Assembly: GCA_963817715.1 (NCBI GenBank)
Contig: CAWFPG010000019.1
Location: 41,484-105,483, forward strand
From: an uncultured Gemmatimonadales bacterium
Lineage (GTDB): Bacteria > Gemmatimonadota > Gemmatimonadetes > Gemmatimonadales > GWC2-71-9
Length of the DNA stretch: 64,000 bases
Reading direction: 5' to 3'
Of the stretch, positions 10,021-20,522 are shown one piece after another. The first letter of the stretch is position 1; each line of letters starts with the position of its first letter. Below the pieces are notes generated by a model. The model was not told the DNA's origin and did not search any database. It worked only from the letters and a program-made list of their open reading frames with translations. A program made the translations under genes and the position numbers.

Positions 10021-10087
10021 GGTCATCGATGGTGGACGGTGGTCGACGATCGCCGATTCGCGAATTCGATTCCGAAGGGACCTGCGC

Positions 10088-11092
10088 ATGGCTGACCGGC
10101 TTCGTCTCGGCATTGTCGGCGCCGGTGCGGTGACCCAGGTCGGGCACCTGCCGGCGCTCAAGAAGGTGCGCGACATCGAGGTCGCCGGCATCTGTGACAA
10201 CGACCTCGGCAAGGCGCGGGCGCTTGCCGACCGGTTCGACATCCCGGTGGTGCACTCCGACATCGCCGAGCTGGTGGAGTACGCGCCGCTCGATGCGCTG
10301 CTCATCTGCAGCCCCAGTCACCTGCACGAGTCGCATGCCCTCACGGCGCTGGCCGCCAAGCTCCACGTGCTGGTCGAGCGTCCGATGGCGATGACCCCGC
10401 AGGGGGTCCAGAAGATCATCACCGCGCAACGCAAGCGCGATCGGGTGGTGATGTGCGGGGTACACCAACGCTACCGGCCCGACATCCAGATGATCCGCTC
10501 CTTCGCGCAGAGCGGTGAGCTCGGCGAGCTCGAGTCGATCCGGGCGTGGTGGTTCCTGGCCCGTGCCGGCCGTGCGTCGCTCGGGTGGCGTCAGCGTCGC
10601 GAGCAGTCGGGTGGCGGGGCGATGATGGACCTGGGGCACGCCCTGCTCGACCTCTCGCTCTGGCTGGCAGGGTTTCCCGAGGTGCAGCGCGTGTCGGCCG
10701 TCTTCCCCGAGAAGGGGAAGGGGGTGGAGCCGTCCGGTACCGCGATGATCGCGCTCAAGGGAGGATCGTCGATCCACATCGACACCAGTTGGCGCTTCGT
10801 CGGCCCGGGCGAGCGGTTCGGCCTGGCGCTGCGCGCGGCGCGTGGCTCGGCGCGGATCGCGCCGCTGGCAGTCTGGAAGGACTTCCATGGCGTGACCCGC
10901 GACGTGAGCACTGCCGGGGCCCATTCGCGCGAGACGCCGTTCCTGCTCGGCATCCGGGCGCAGTGGGCCCATTTCGTCGCCTCGATCCGCGGCGATGCGA
11001 CCGCCCCCGACCTGGCCGAGCACGCCACGACGCTCCGGGTGATGGAAGCGATCTACGAATCCGCCGAGGCGGGTCGCGACGTGGTGCCGTGA
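10088..11092 (+). CDS. Gfo/Idh/MocA-family oxidoreductase
   Basis: LGIVGAG Rossmann motif, HVLVERPM (EKP-like), GGGAMMDLGHALLD. The ORF-track start at 9956 is repeat-derived. Confidence 0.9.
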   Translation: MADRLRLGIVGAGAVTQVGHLPALKKVRDIEVAGICDNDLGKARALADRFDIPVVHSDIAELVEYAPLDALLICSPSHLHESHALTALAAKLHVLVERPMAMTPQGVQKIITAQRKRDRVVMCGVHQRYRPDIQMIRSFAQSGELGELESIRAWWFLARAGRASLGWRQRREQSGGGAMMDLGHALLDLSLWLAGFPEVQRVSAVFPEKGKGVEPSGTAMIALKGGSSIHIDTSWRFVGPGERFGLALRAARGSARIAPLAVWKDFHGVTRDVSTAGAHSRETPFLLGIRAQWAHFVASIRGDATAPDLAEHATTLRVMEAIYESAEAGRDVVP

Positions 11093-12369
11093 GGGGGTGG
11101 CGGCGGCTGGTCGGGATCGTTGCCGCGCCGCTCGTGGCGTGGCCGATGGTGGTATCCGCACAGGCGGTGGCCTCGCCGAGCCCGAAAGCGCCGGCGCAGC
11201 AAGCGGCGCCGCAACAGGCCATTCCCGGTCCTCACCTCGCCGTCTATCTGCTGACGATGGGACCGGGCGGTCCGATCTGGGAACGTTTCGGCCACAACGC
11301 GATCTGGATTCGTGATTCGACGGCCGGCACCGATCGGATCTACAACTTCGGGATGTTCGACTTTGCCGAGCCGGGCTTCATCCGGCACTTCGTGCAGGGA
11401 CGACCGCGGTACCGTCTGGCCGCGCTGAGCCTGGACCAGACGCTTGCCGAGTACCGCGCGACCCAGCGCACCCTCGAGTTGCAGGAACTGGCCCTCCCGA
11501 TCGCGGCGAAGGCACGGCTCGCGTACGATCTGGCCCAGAACGCCCTGCCGGCGAACGCCTACTATCAGTACGACTACTATCTCGACAACTGCTCGACCCG
11601 GGTCCGGGATGCGCTCGACCGGGCACTCGGTGGAGCGCTCCGCCGGGCCACCGAGGGGGTGCCGGCCGAGGGGAACTACCGCTTCCACACCCAGCGCTCC
11701 ACCGCCAACAACGCCTTCTACTATCTCGGCATCGAGGCGATGCTGGGGCGGCGCACCGACGCCCCGCTCGACCAGTGGGGCGAGATGTTCCTGCCGGCCA
11801 AGGTGCAGCAACGGATCCGGGAGCTCCGGGTGACCGGCGATGATGGCCGGGAGGTGCCGCTGGTGTCGCGCGAGGCGACGCTGCTCTCGTTCGACACCTA
11901 CCATGTGCTTTCCGCGCCACCGGACTGGACGCCGCGACTGCTGTTCGTGGGGGCGCTGCTCGCCGCGCTGATGGCCACCGGATTGCTCTCCGGCGGCGCC
12001 GGATTCGTCGGCCGGGCGACCATCGGCGTGTGGAGCGTGGTGGCTGGCGTGGCGGGGCTGGTCCTGGCCTATGTGGCGTTCCTCACCAACCACGTGATGG
12101 CGTCGGCCAACCTCAACCTGCTGCTGCTGTCGCCGTTCTGCCTCGCGCTGATGCCACTGCTGCTGGCCCACCGGCGTCGACCGGTGGCCGAACGGCTGGC
12201 GCTGCTCTACCTCACGCTGCTCTGGGTTGGCTCGGCGGTGGCGATGGTGGGCCTGTTGCAGCACAACCGCGAGATCGCCGCCCTGCTGGTGCTCCCCGGG
12301 ACGGCGGCGGTGTGGCTGGCGCTGGCGATCAACCGCCGACGCGCCGAAGCGCCGCCGCCGCCTCACTGA
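11089..12369 (+). CDS. DUF4105 (Lnb N-terminal-like) domain membrane protein
   Basis: GTG overlapping the upstream stop; FGHNAIWI, YNFGMFDF, YQYDYYLDNCSTR; four C-terminal TM helices. Confidence 0.8.
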   Translation: MRGWRRLVGIVAAPLVAWPMVVSAQAVASPSPKAPAQQAAPQQAIPGPHLAVYLLTMGPGGPIWERFGHNAIWIRDSTAGTDRIYNFGMFDFAEPGFIRHFVQGRPRYRLAALSLDQTLAEYRATQRTLELQELALPIAAKARLAYDLAQNALPANAYYQYDYYLDNCSTRVRDALDRALGGALRRATEGVPAEGNYRFHTQRSTANNAFYYLGIEAMLGRRTDAPLDQWGEMFLPAKVQQRIRELRVTGDDGREVPLVSREATLLSFDTYHVLSAPPDWTPRLLFVGALLAALMATGLLSGGAGFVGRATIGVWSVVAGVAGLVLAYVAFLTNHVMASANLNLLLLSPFCLALMPLLLAHRRRPVAERLALLYLTLLWVGSAVAMVGLLQHNREIAALLVLPGTAAVWLALAINRRRAEAPPPPH

Positions 12370-12982
12370 ATCCCGGGGCAGCCTCGAGAGCGGCGCGGAA
12401 GGACTTGGCGGCATCGGCCCGGTTCCCGGCGGCTTCCGACTCGAGGCCATGGCCGAATCGCACCAGGGCCTCGACCGGAATCCCCGGCGCCGTCCCACCG
12501 GGCGAACCGCCGACACCGGGCTGGGAAGTGAGCTGGTCGGCGAGGGCGGCGATCGCCTGGGCCAGCTGCTCACGCTTGACGTAGGCCGGGTCGCCGCGGA
12601 CCACCGCGATCGGCTTCCCCGTCGCCGCATTGATGATCCGGGCCTCGACCTGGATGTCGCCGTACTGGTCGAGGAGTGAGCCAACCACCAGGATCCTCGC
12701 CCCGGCCTGCTCGGCCGCCTGCCGCACCGTGGCGATGTCGATCCGGCCGGCGGTGCGCTCGTCGGGGACGGTGATCGGTACCACGGCGGTGGCGGCCCGC
12801 TCACCAAGGCGACTGCCGAGCAGGGCGGTGAGGGCCCGACCCAGGGCCTGATAGTCGTCGGGATCGAGTCCGACCGATCCACGGGTATCGAACCCGCCGA
12901 CCGAGACACCCCCCTGAGCCGCGAGGGCCGGGGCGGTGGTCGCAAGTGCAAGAGCGAGAAGAACTTGGCGCCGGATCAGCAT
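12329..12982 (-). CDS. Secreted protein with CsgG/FlgO-like alpha-beta domain and C-terminal TPR-like helices
   Basis: Signal peptide (ALAAQ), ILVVGSLLDQYGDIQVEARIINAATG, C-terminal AAKSFRAALEAAPGF. Confidence 0.6.
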   Translation of the reverse strand: MLIRRQVLLALALATTAPALAAQGGVSVGGFDTRGSVGLDPDDYQALGRALTALLGSRLGERAATAVVPITVPDERTAGRIDIATVRQAAEQAGARILVVGSLLDQYGDIQVEARIINAATGKPIAVVRGDPAYVKREQLAQAIAALADQLTSQPGVGGSPGGTAPGIPVEALVRFGHGLESEAAGNRADAAKSFRAALEAAPGFSEAAAALRRVGG

Positions 12983-13066
12983 GGCCGCTCCAGGTTGAAC
13001 CGAGGAGACCTTCACCGTAGGAGACGATCTGCGTGGCCCCGGTTGTACGCCGGGACCGGCGTTGGG

Positions 13067-13072
13067 TATATT
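13067..13072 (+). promoter_or_regulatory. -10 box for the rpmE-prfA-prmC operon
   Basis: TATATT in a locally AT-rich patch about 55 nt upstream of the GTG; SD GAGGAG follows. Confidence 0.45.
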
Positions 13073-13127
13073 TCCCGGCTATCGTGGTTCCGCAAGGGGG
13101 GCCACGACGTCCAGAGGAGAGGTACCC

Positions 13128-13343
13128 GTGAAGCCGAACATGCATCCCGTCTACCAGACGATCACGGCCCACTGCCAGTGCGGCAACACGTTCGAGACCC
13201 GCAGCACCACGTCGGGAATCAGCGTCGAAGTGTGCTCGCAGTGCCACCCGTATTACACCGGCAAGCAGCGGCTCGTCGACACCGCAGGTCGGATCGACCG
13301 GTTCCGTCGCAAGTACGCCACGGACACCAGCGCGTCCAGCTGA
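13128..13343 (+). CDS. rpmE: 50S ribosomal protein L31 (Zn-binding C+ type)
   Basis: MKPNMHP, CQCG...[23 protein letters not shown]. Confidence 0.95.
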   Translation: MKPNMHPVYQTITAHCQCGNTFETRSTTSGISVEVCSQCHPYYTGKQRLVDTAGRIDRFRRKYATDTSASS

Positions 13344-13346
13344 TCC

Positions 13347-14405
13347 ATGGAGGCCCGACTCCGCCAGGCGCTCGCGCGGGCGGAGGAGGTCGCCCGGCAG
13401 CTGGCTGATCCGGCGACCGCCACCGATCCCGCCAAGCTGTCGACTCTCGGCCGCGAACACGCCCGGCTCCAGCCGATCGTGCGCGCGGCCGATGCGTTGC
13501 AGCGGGCCGACCACGAGCTCGGGGGCGCCCGGGGTCTCGCCGACGACGCGGACCCGGAGCTGGCGGCGATGGCCGCCGCCGACGTGGCCCGACTCGAGAC
13601 GCTCACCGCGGCGCTCCGCGAGGAGCTCGCCGAGCTGCTGGCTCCCCGTGATCCCCACGACGACCGCGATGCGATCCTCGAGATCCGGGCCGGGACCGGC
13701 GGCGACGAGGCGGGTCTCTTCGCGGCCGACCTGCTCCGGATGTACACCCGCTTCGCCGAGCGGCACCGGCTCACGGTCGAACCGCTGACGGTGAGCGAGG
13801 GGAACATGGGTGGCATTCGCGAAGCCATTGTCGCGGTGCGCGGCAACGATGCCTTCGGCCTGCTGCGGTGGGAGTCCGGCGTGCATCGGGTCCAGCGGGT
13901 GCCGGCGACCGAGCAGCAGGGACGGATCCACACCTCGGCCGCATCAGTGGCCGTGCTGCCGGAAGCCGAGGAGGTCGACGTCCAGATCGATCCCCAGGAC
14001 CTGCGCATCGACGTGTTCCGTTCCTCGGGGCCCGGCGGCCAGAGCGTCAACACCACCGACTCGGCGGTGCGGATCACACACATCCCGAGTGGGATCGTGG
14101 TGTCGCAGCAGGACCAGAAGTCGCAGCTCCAGAACAAGCTGAAGGCGATGGAGGTCCTCCGCGCCCGGTTGCTCGACCGCCGGATCGCGGAGCAGGAGTC
14201 GGCGCGGTCGGCCGAGCGCAAGGCGATGGTCGGGACCGGGGACCGGTCGGGGAAGATCCGCACCTACAACTATCCCCAGAGCCGGGTCACCGATCACCGC
14301 ATCGGGATGTCGCTGCACAATCTTCCGGACGTGCTCGATGGGCGCCTCGACGAACTGGTGACCGCCATCCGCCGCGCCTCGCGCGAGGAGATGGAGCGTG
14401 GCTGA
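13347..14405 (+). CDS. prfA: Peptide chain release factor 1
   Basis: EIRAGTGGDEA, ESGVHRVQRVPAT (PxT), SSGPGGQSVN, IRTYNYPQ. Confidence 0.97.
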   Translation: MEARLRQALARAEEVARQLADPATATDPAKLSTLGREHARLQPIVRAADALQRADHELGGARGLADDADPELAAMAAADVARLETLTAALREELAELLAPRDPHDDRDAILEIRAGTGGDEAGLFAADLLRMYTRFAERHRLTVEPLTVSEGNMGGIREAIVAVRGNDAFGLLRWESGVHRVQRVPATEQQGRIHTSAASVAVLPEAEEVDVQIDPQDLRIDVFRSSGPGGQSVNTTDSAVRITHIPSGIVVSQQDQKSQLQNKLKAMEVLRARLLDRRIAEQESARSAERKAMVGTGDRSGKIRTYNYPQSRVTDHRIGMSLHNLPDVLDGRLDELVTAIRRASREEMERG

Positions 14406-15246
14406 GTCGGTGGCCCCGACCCGCGAGGCCCTCTGGGCCGAGGCGACGGCGCGGCTCGCGGCGGCGGGGCTCTCGGAGCCACGCCGGGAAGCGCTGGCCA
14501 TCGCCGGCGATCTCGAGGCCGGGCGGCCGGTGCTGGCGCTCGATCCAGCGGCACCGGTTGCCGGGGAGTGGGCGTCGCGCTACCTCGCAGTGATCGCACG
14601 CCGCGCCCAGGGCGAGCCCCGGGCCCACGTGACCGGCACGATCGGCTTTCGTACCCTCGACCTCGCGATCGACGGTCGGGCGCTGATTCCCCGCCCGGAG
14701 ACCGAGGGGCTGGTCGAGGCGGCGCTTGCGCGGGTGCGGCACGGGGTGGCCGCCGACGTGGGGACCGGGAGTGGGGCGATCGCGCTCTCGCTGGCAGCGG
14801 AAGGGGCGTTCACCGAGGTGATCGGCACCGACCTGTCGGCCGACGCCCTCGCGCTGGCGCGCGAGAATGCCGCCCGCACCGGGCAGACGGTGACCTGGCT
14901 GTCGGGCGACCTGCTGGCACCGCTGGCCGGGCTGACGCTGGACCTGTTGGTGAGCAACCCGCCGTACCTGACGGAAGCCGAGCATCGAGAGCTCGATCCG
15001 GCGGTGCGACAGTGGGAGCCGGCGCGTGCGCTGGTGGGGGGACCCGACGGATTGGAGCCGTACCGCCGGTTGCTGGCCGGTGGCGGTGCGGTGCTGCGGC
15101 ATGAGGGTTGGCTGGCACTCGAGGTCGACGCCCGGCGAGCCGGGGCAACGGCCGACCTGGCCACGGCGCATGGTTGGTGCGCGGTGACCATTCTTGATGA
15201 CTTGTTTGGCCGTGCCCGGTACCTCCTGGCACGGTGGGAGGGATGA
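14398..15246 (+). CDS. prmC: Release factor glutamine methyltransferase
   Basis: LIPRPETE, DVGTGSGAIA, VSNPPY; follows prfA. Confidence 0.95.
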   Translation: MAESVAPTREALWAEATARLAAAGLSEPRREALAIAGDLEAGRPVLALDPAAPVAGEWASRYLAVIARRAQGEPRAHVTGTIGFRTLDLAIDGRALIPRPETEGLVEAALARVRHGVAADVGTGSGAIALSLAAEGAFTEVIGTDLSADALALARENAARTGQTVTWLSGDLLAPLAGLTLDLLVSNPPYLTEAEHRELDPAVRQWEPARALVGGPDGLEPYRRLLAGGGAVLRHEGWLALEVDARRAGATADLATAHGWCAVTILDDLFGRARYLLARWEG

Positions 15247-15599
15247 CGATGATCGACGAGAAGGCACAGGAACTCGGACGAATGATCGGCCAGTCGAATG
15301 AGTACCAGGCGATGCGGCGGGCGGAGCAGGCGCTGCGCGACGACACCGAGACCCAGGCGAAGCTCGAGACGATCTCGCGGTTGACGCGGGAATTCGATGG
15401 GATGATGGCCGAGGGCCAGTCGCCCAGCGAGGAACAGGCGAAGGAATACGAGACCACCCTGCGCGAGTTCGAGGCATCGCCGAGTGGCCAGGGCTACCTG
15501 GTGGCGCGCGCCAATGTCGACAAGCTGATGCAGCGCGTCAACAAGGCGATCGGCGAGGGGATCGAGCGGGGAGCGACCAGCGGGATCATCACGCTCTGA
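15243..15599 (+). CDS. YlbF/YmcA-family protein
   Basis: Helical 118-aa protein, AQELGRMIGQSNEYQ...YLVARANVDKLMQRVN. Confidence 0.7.
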   Translation: MTMIDEKAQELGRMIGQSNEYQAMRRAEQALRDDTETQAKLETISRLTREFDGMMAEGQSPSEEQAKEYETTLREFEASPSGQGYLVARANVDKLMQRVNKAIGEGIERGATSGIITL

Positions 15600-16268
15600 T
15601 GAGCCAGCGGCTGCTTCGTGGTGGTCGAGGGCCCCGAGGGGGCCGGCAAGAGCACCCTGGCCGCGGCGCTCACCGCCCGGATGCGCGCGGCCGGGATCGA
15701 GCCGGTGGCGGTGCGCGAGCCCGGCGGGACCCGAGTGGCGGAGGCGCTCCGACACGAGCTGCTCGACGCCGATCGGCACTGGACCGCGGAGCAGGAGCTG
15801 CTCTACATGGTGACTGCCCGGGCCGACCTCGTCGCACGGGTGATCGAGCCGGCGCTGGAGGCCGGACGGGTGGTGCTGTCGGACCGGTTCGACCTCTCCA
15901 CCCATGCCTATCAGGGCGCCGGACGCGGTGTGGTCACCGACCAGTTGCGCTGGGTCAACGCGGCCGCCACCGGCGGGCTGCGCCCCGAGGTGACGCTGGT
16001 GCTCGACATCGACCCCGCCGCGGGACGCGCGCGCCACAACCAGGCCGGCAAGGATGCCGACCGGCTGGAACGGGAGGACGCCGCCTTCCACGACCGGGTG
16101 GCGCGACACTACCGCGAGGCGACCGGTCCCGGGGTGCATCATCTCCGGGCGGACGCGTCTCCGGAGGCAGTACTGCGCGCGGCGTGGGGCGTGCTCCGCG
16201 AGGCGCGGGGTGACATCTTTCCAGTGATGCCGGAATCCGGGCTCGAACCCGGCAAGGGAGTGGAATGA
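15599..16268 (+). CDS. tmk: Thymidylate kinase (apparent indel just after the start)
   Basis: VVEGPEGAGKST, REPGGT, VLSDRF, DRLERE. ATG 15599 is out of frame; the in-frame GTG is at 15618. Confidence 0.92.
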
Positions 16269-17881
16269 CCGTGACGACCAATCGCCCCAGTGGGGCTCGC
16301 TGGCTGCTGGTGCTCTTGATCGGGGCCGTGTCCTTCGCCAGCGGTGGCTGGCTGCTGCACGGCGCCGATCGTGGGCCGGCGCTCACCGCCGACCAGCTCT
16401 TCCAGCGTGTCCTCGGCGCGGTCGAGACCTACTACGTCGATTCGCTGCCCGCCGACTCGCTGATGCACAAGGCCACCAAGGGGATGCTCGATCAGCTCGG
16501 CGATCCCTATTCCGTCCTGCTCGAAGGCGAGGACTATCGCCAGCTCACCGAGCAGACCACCGGCAACTATGGTGGTCTGGGGATCCAGATCGACGTGCGC
16601 GACGGCTGGATCACCGTCGTGGCGCCGCTGCCCGATACGCCCGCCGAGCGGGTCGGCATCGAGGCCGGCGATCAGATCGTCGCCGTCGAGGGCAAGAGCA
16701 CCCAGGGGCTCAACCAGGATGAGGCGGTCAAGACGCTGCGCGGCAAGCCGGGCAGCACCGTGAACATCCAGGTCCGGCGGCCGGGACTCTCGACCCTGCT
16801 GAAGTTCGCCATCACCCGCGAGGAGATCCACAACCGGTCGGTCCAGCCCGGCGCGCTGCTGGGCGACGGCATTGGCCTGGTCTGTGCTCAACCCGGTCAG
16901 CGAGACCTCCGGGGAGGAGCTCAAGAACGAGGTCGATCGGCTGCGTGCCAAGGGCATGCGCTCGCTGATTCTCGACCTGCGCAAGAACCCGGGCGGCCTG
17001 CTCGACCAGGGCGTCGAGGTCTCCGACCTCTTCCTCGACCCGGGCCAGCAGATCGTCTCGACCCGCGGTCGGGCCGAGGGCACCTCCAAGATCTTCGCGG
17101 CCGACTTCGGACCAGCCCTGGCCCGAGATGCCGGTGGTCGTGCTGGTGAACCAGTGGACCGCGTCGGCGGCCGAGATCATCGCCGGTGCCTTGCAGGACA
17201 ACGACCGCGCCGTGGTGGTCGGATTGCCGACCTTCGGCAAGGGACTGGTCCAGTCGTTGTTCAACCTCGGTGATGGCCGCGCCCTCAAGCTCACCACCGC
17301 CCGCTGGTTCACGCCGAGCGGCCGGAGCATCCAGCGCTCGTCGAACGATGAGGCCGAACAGCTGCGCCAGGTGCAGGCGATCGCCACCGGCACCGACTCG
17401 ATCGACGTCGACTCGCTGCCGGTGCGTCACACCGTCAGCGGTCGGATCGTGCACGGTGGCGGCGGCATCGTGCCCGACCGGATCGTGCGGGGCGACACCC
17501 TGACCGATGGCGAGAAGGCCTACGTTCGTGCGCTGGGCGGCAACGTGGCGGCCTACAGCGATGCCCTGGTGGTCGCGGCGCTCGAGATCAAGGAGCGCAA
17601 GCTGGCCACCAGCGAGAACTTCACCGTGACCGATGCGATGCGCCAGCTGGTCTACGCCAAGCTCGCCAGCAAGGGCGTCACGCTCACCGACGAGGAGAAG
17701 GCCGGCGGCCAGACGCTGCTCGACGACCAGCTCGGCTACCAGATCGCCCGCTACGTGTTCGGGCGACAGGCCGAGCTGCGCCGCAGCGGCCTGGACGACC
17801 AGCAGGTGCGCGAGGCGGTGCAACTGCTGCGCGCCGGGACGACGCCCGCGCGCGCTGATGTCGGAGATCACCGGGGAGTGA
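16265..17881 (+). CDS. S41-family C-terminal processing protease with PDZ domain; three apparent frameshifts (about 16878, 17110, 17845)
   Basis: LGDPYS, GLGIQI (PDZ), [35 protein letters not shown], spread over ORFs 16265, 16872, 17128 and 17633. Confidence 0.88.
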
Positions 17882-18723
17882 TCCCCCCGGCGGTCGCGGT
17901 GGTTGGTGGAGGGCGCGTCGGGCTGTCGCTCGCACGCGCCCTCGCCGATTCCGGGGGAGCCGTCGCGGTGCTCTCGCGGAGCGCGCGGCCGTTGCCCGCG
18001 CCGTTGGCACCAGCCACCGTGGCCTGGGAGCCCGCACTGGCCGCCGCCGACCTGGTCATCGTCGCGGTGCCCGACGATGCCGTCGCGACGGTGGCGCTTC
18101 GGCTCCGCGACGGCGGCGCGATCGGTGCCACCCAGGTGGTGCTGCACGCCTCCGGATCGCCTCGACCGGCATGCGCTGGCTGCGCTCGAGCCGACCGGGG
18201 CGTCGCTGGGCTCGTTCCATCCGCTCCAGACGCTGCGCGATCCGGCGGGCGAGCCCGGACGCGCTGGCCGGCGCGCCGGCGATCATCGAGGGTGAGCCGC
18301 GGGCCGCTCGCCGCGGCGCGGGCGCTGGCCGAGCGGCTCGGCGATGACGCCGGTCCTCGAGCTCCCCGCCGAGGGGAAGGCGCGCTACCACGCGGCGGCG
18401 GTCTTCGCGTCGAACTACCTGGTGGTGCTTGCCGACGTGGCGGGGCGGCTGGCCCGCGGCGCCGGGCTCGAGGCCACGCCGGGCCTCTTCCTGCCGCTGA
18501 TGCGCCGGACACTGGACCATCTCGGCGGCGAGTGACCCTGCCGCGGCGCTCACCGGGCCGGTCCGCCGCGGCGACGTCGGGCACGGTCCGGGCCCACCTC
18601 GAGGCCCTCGATCCGGAGAGCCGGGCGCTCTACGCCGCGCTGGGACGCGAGGCACTGGACCTGGCAGCACGCGAGGGACTCGACCGGGACACGGTCGGGG
18701 CGATCCGGAAGCTACTCGGGTAG
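17878..18723 (+). CDS. Rossmann-like/DUF2520 domain oxidoreductase; several apparent frameshifts
   Basis: [53 protein letters not shown] pieces in different frames. Confidence 0.75.
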   Translation: MIPPAVAVVGGGRVGLSLARALADSGGAVAVLSRSARPLPAPLAPATVAWEPALAAADLVIVAVPDDAVATVALRLRDGGAIGATQVVLHASGSPRPACAGCARADRGVAGLVPSAPDAARSGGRARTRWPARRRSSRVSRGPLAAARALAERLGDDAGPRAPRRGEGALPRGGGLRVELPGGACRRGGAAGPRRRARGHAGPLPAADAPDTGPSRRRVTLPRRSPGRSAAATSGTVRAHLEALDPESRALYAALGREALDLAAREGLDRDTVGAIRKLLG

Positions 18724-18811
18724 CGGCAGGCGACAGGCGACAGGCGATGGGGCCGGCTCAACGCATTGAACCGGCCCTTCTTCTTGTCGCCTGTCGCGTG
18801 TCGCCTGTCGC
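18723..18811. terminator. Bidirectional terminator-like hairpin extended by inverted heptamer arrays (GCGACAG family)
   Basis: 4x GCGACAG-like units (18723-18750), core hairpin GGGCCGG-C-TCAA-cgca-TTGA-A-CCGGCCC, TTCTTCTT, then 4x CTGTCGC-like units (18784-18811), between convergent stops. Confidence 0.8.
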
Positions 18812-18812
18812 C

Positions 18813-19459
18813 CTACTGGTCCACGACCTTCACGCCCTTGGGCACCGTGAAGGTGAAGATGTCGGGTGGCAGGGTCGCGTTGGTCCGGATGTGCGACAGC
18901 GTCAGGGTGCGGACCTGGACCTTCTCGTCGATCTCGAAGCGGCGGGGAAGGGCGCTCTCCCGCTCGACCCAGACGGTGGCCCGCCGGAAGCGCATCGTCG
19001 GGATCGAGCGGCTCGAGGAGGACCACGTCGCACGTCGGTGCCCTCGAGCTGCTCGGACGCGGAGCCAGCTGGCGCGATACTTCTCGGCCGGCCGGTCGAG
19101 GAACCAGCCGATCAGGTTGTAGCCGTAGACCGGGTCGCCACGCATCGGCAGGCGCAGGACCTGGTCGGGCATGTTCTCCGGTTCGTAGATCCAGACATGC
19201 TGTCCATCGATCACGATCGCGCCACCCGCCGGGTCGGTGAATCGCATCGCGAAGCGCGACGGTCCCGCCTGATAGAGGGTGCCCCGGCTCTCGGGCTGGT
19301 CGACATAGGGATCGTCGATCTTCTGGCGGAAGTCGGCCTGGAAAGTGTGCAGCGTCTCGTAGGCGCGGGCCGCGCGGTTGAGGATCGCCTCGGCCGAGCT
19401 CTGCTGGGCCCGGAGCGGGGCGGGGAGGACCAGGGCGAGCGCCAGCAGCGCGGCGCCTC

Positions 19460-19463
<4 letters not shown>
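18813..19463 (-). CDS. lolA: Outer-membrane lipoprotein carrier protein LolA family (compensated frameshift near 19000-19060)
   Basis: Signal peptide, [51 protein letters not shown]. Confidence 0.8.
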
Positions 19464-20499
<1,036 letters not shown>

Positions 20500-20522
20500 G
20501 GCGGGGTCTTCCGTCGGGGACA

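Noticed and set aside
9956-10087. N-terminal MVDGRWS repeat extension of the oxidoreductase
   Set aside because: It is simply the translated DNA array; the Rossmann fold starts at ATG 10088 after an SD-like GAAGGGA.
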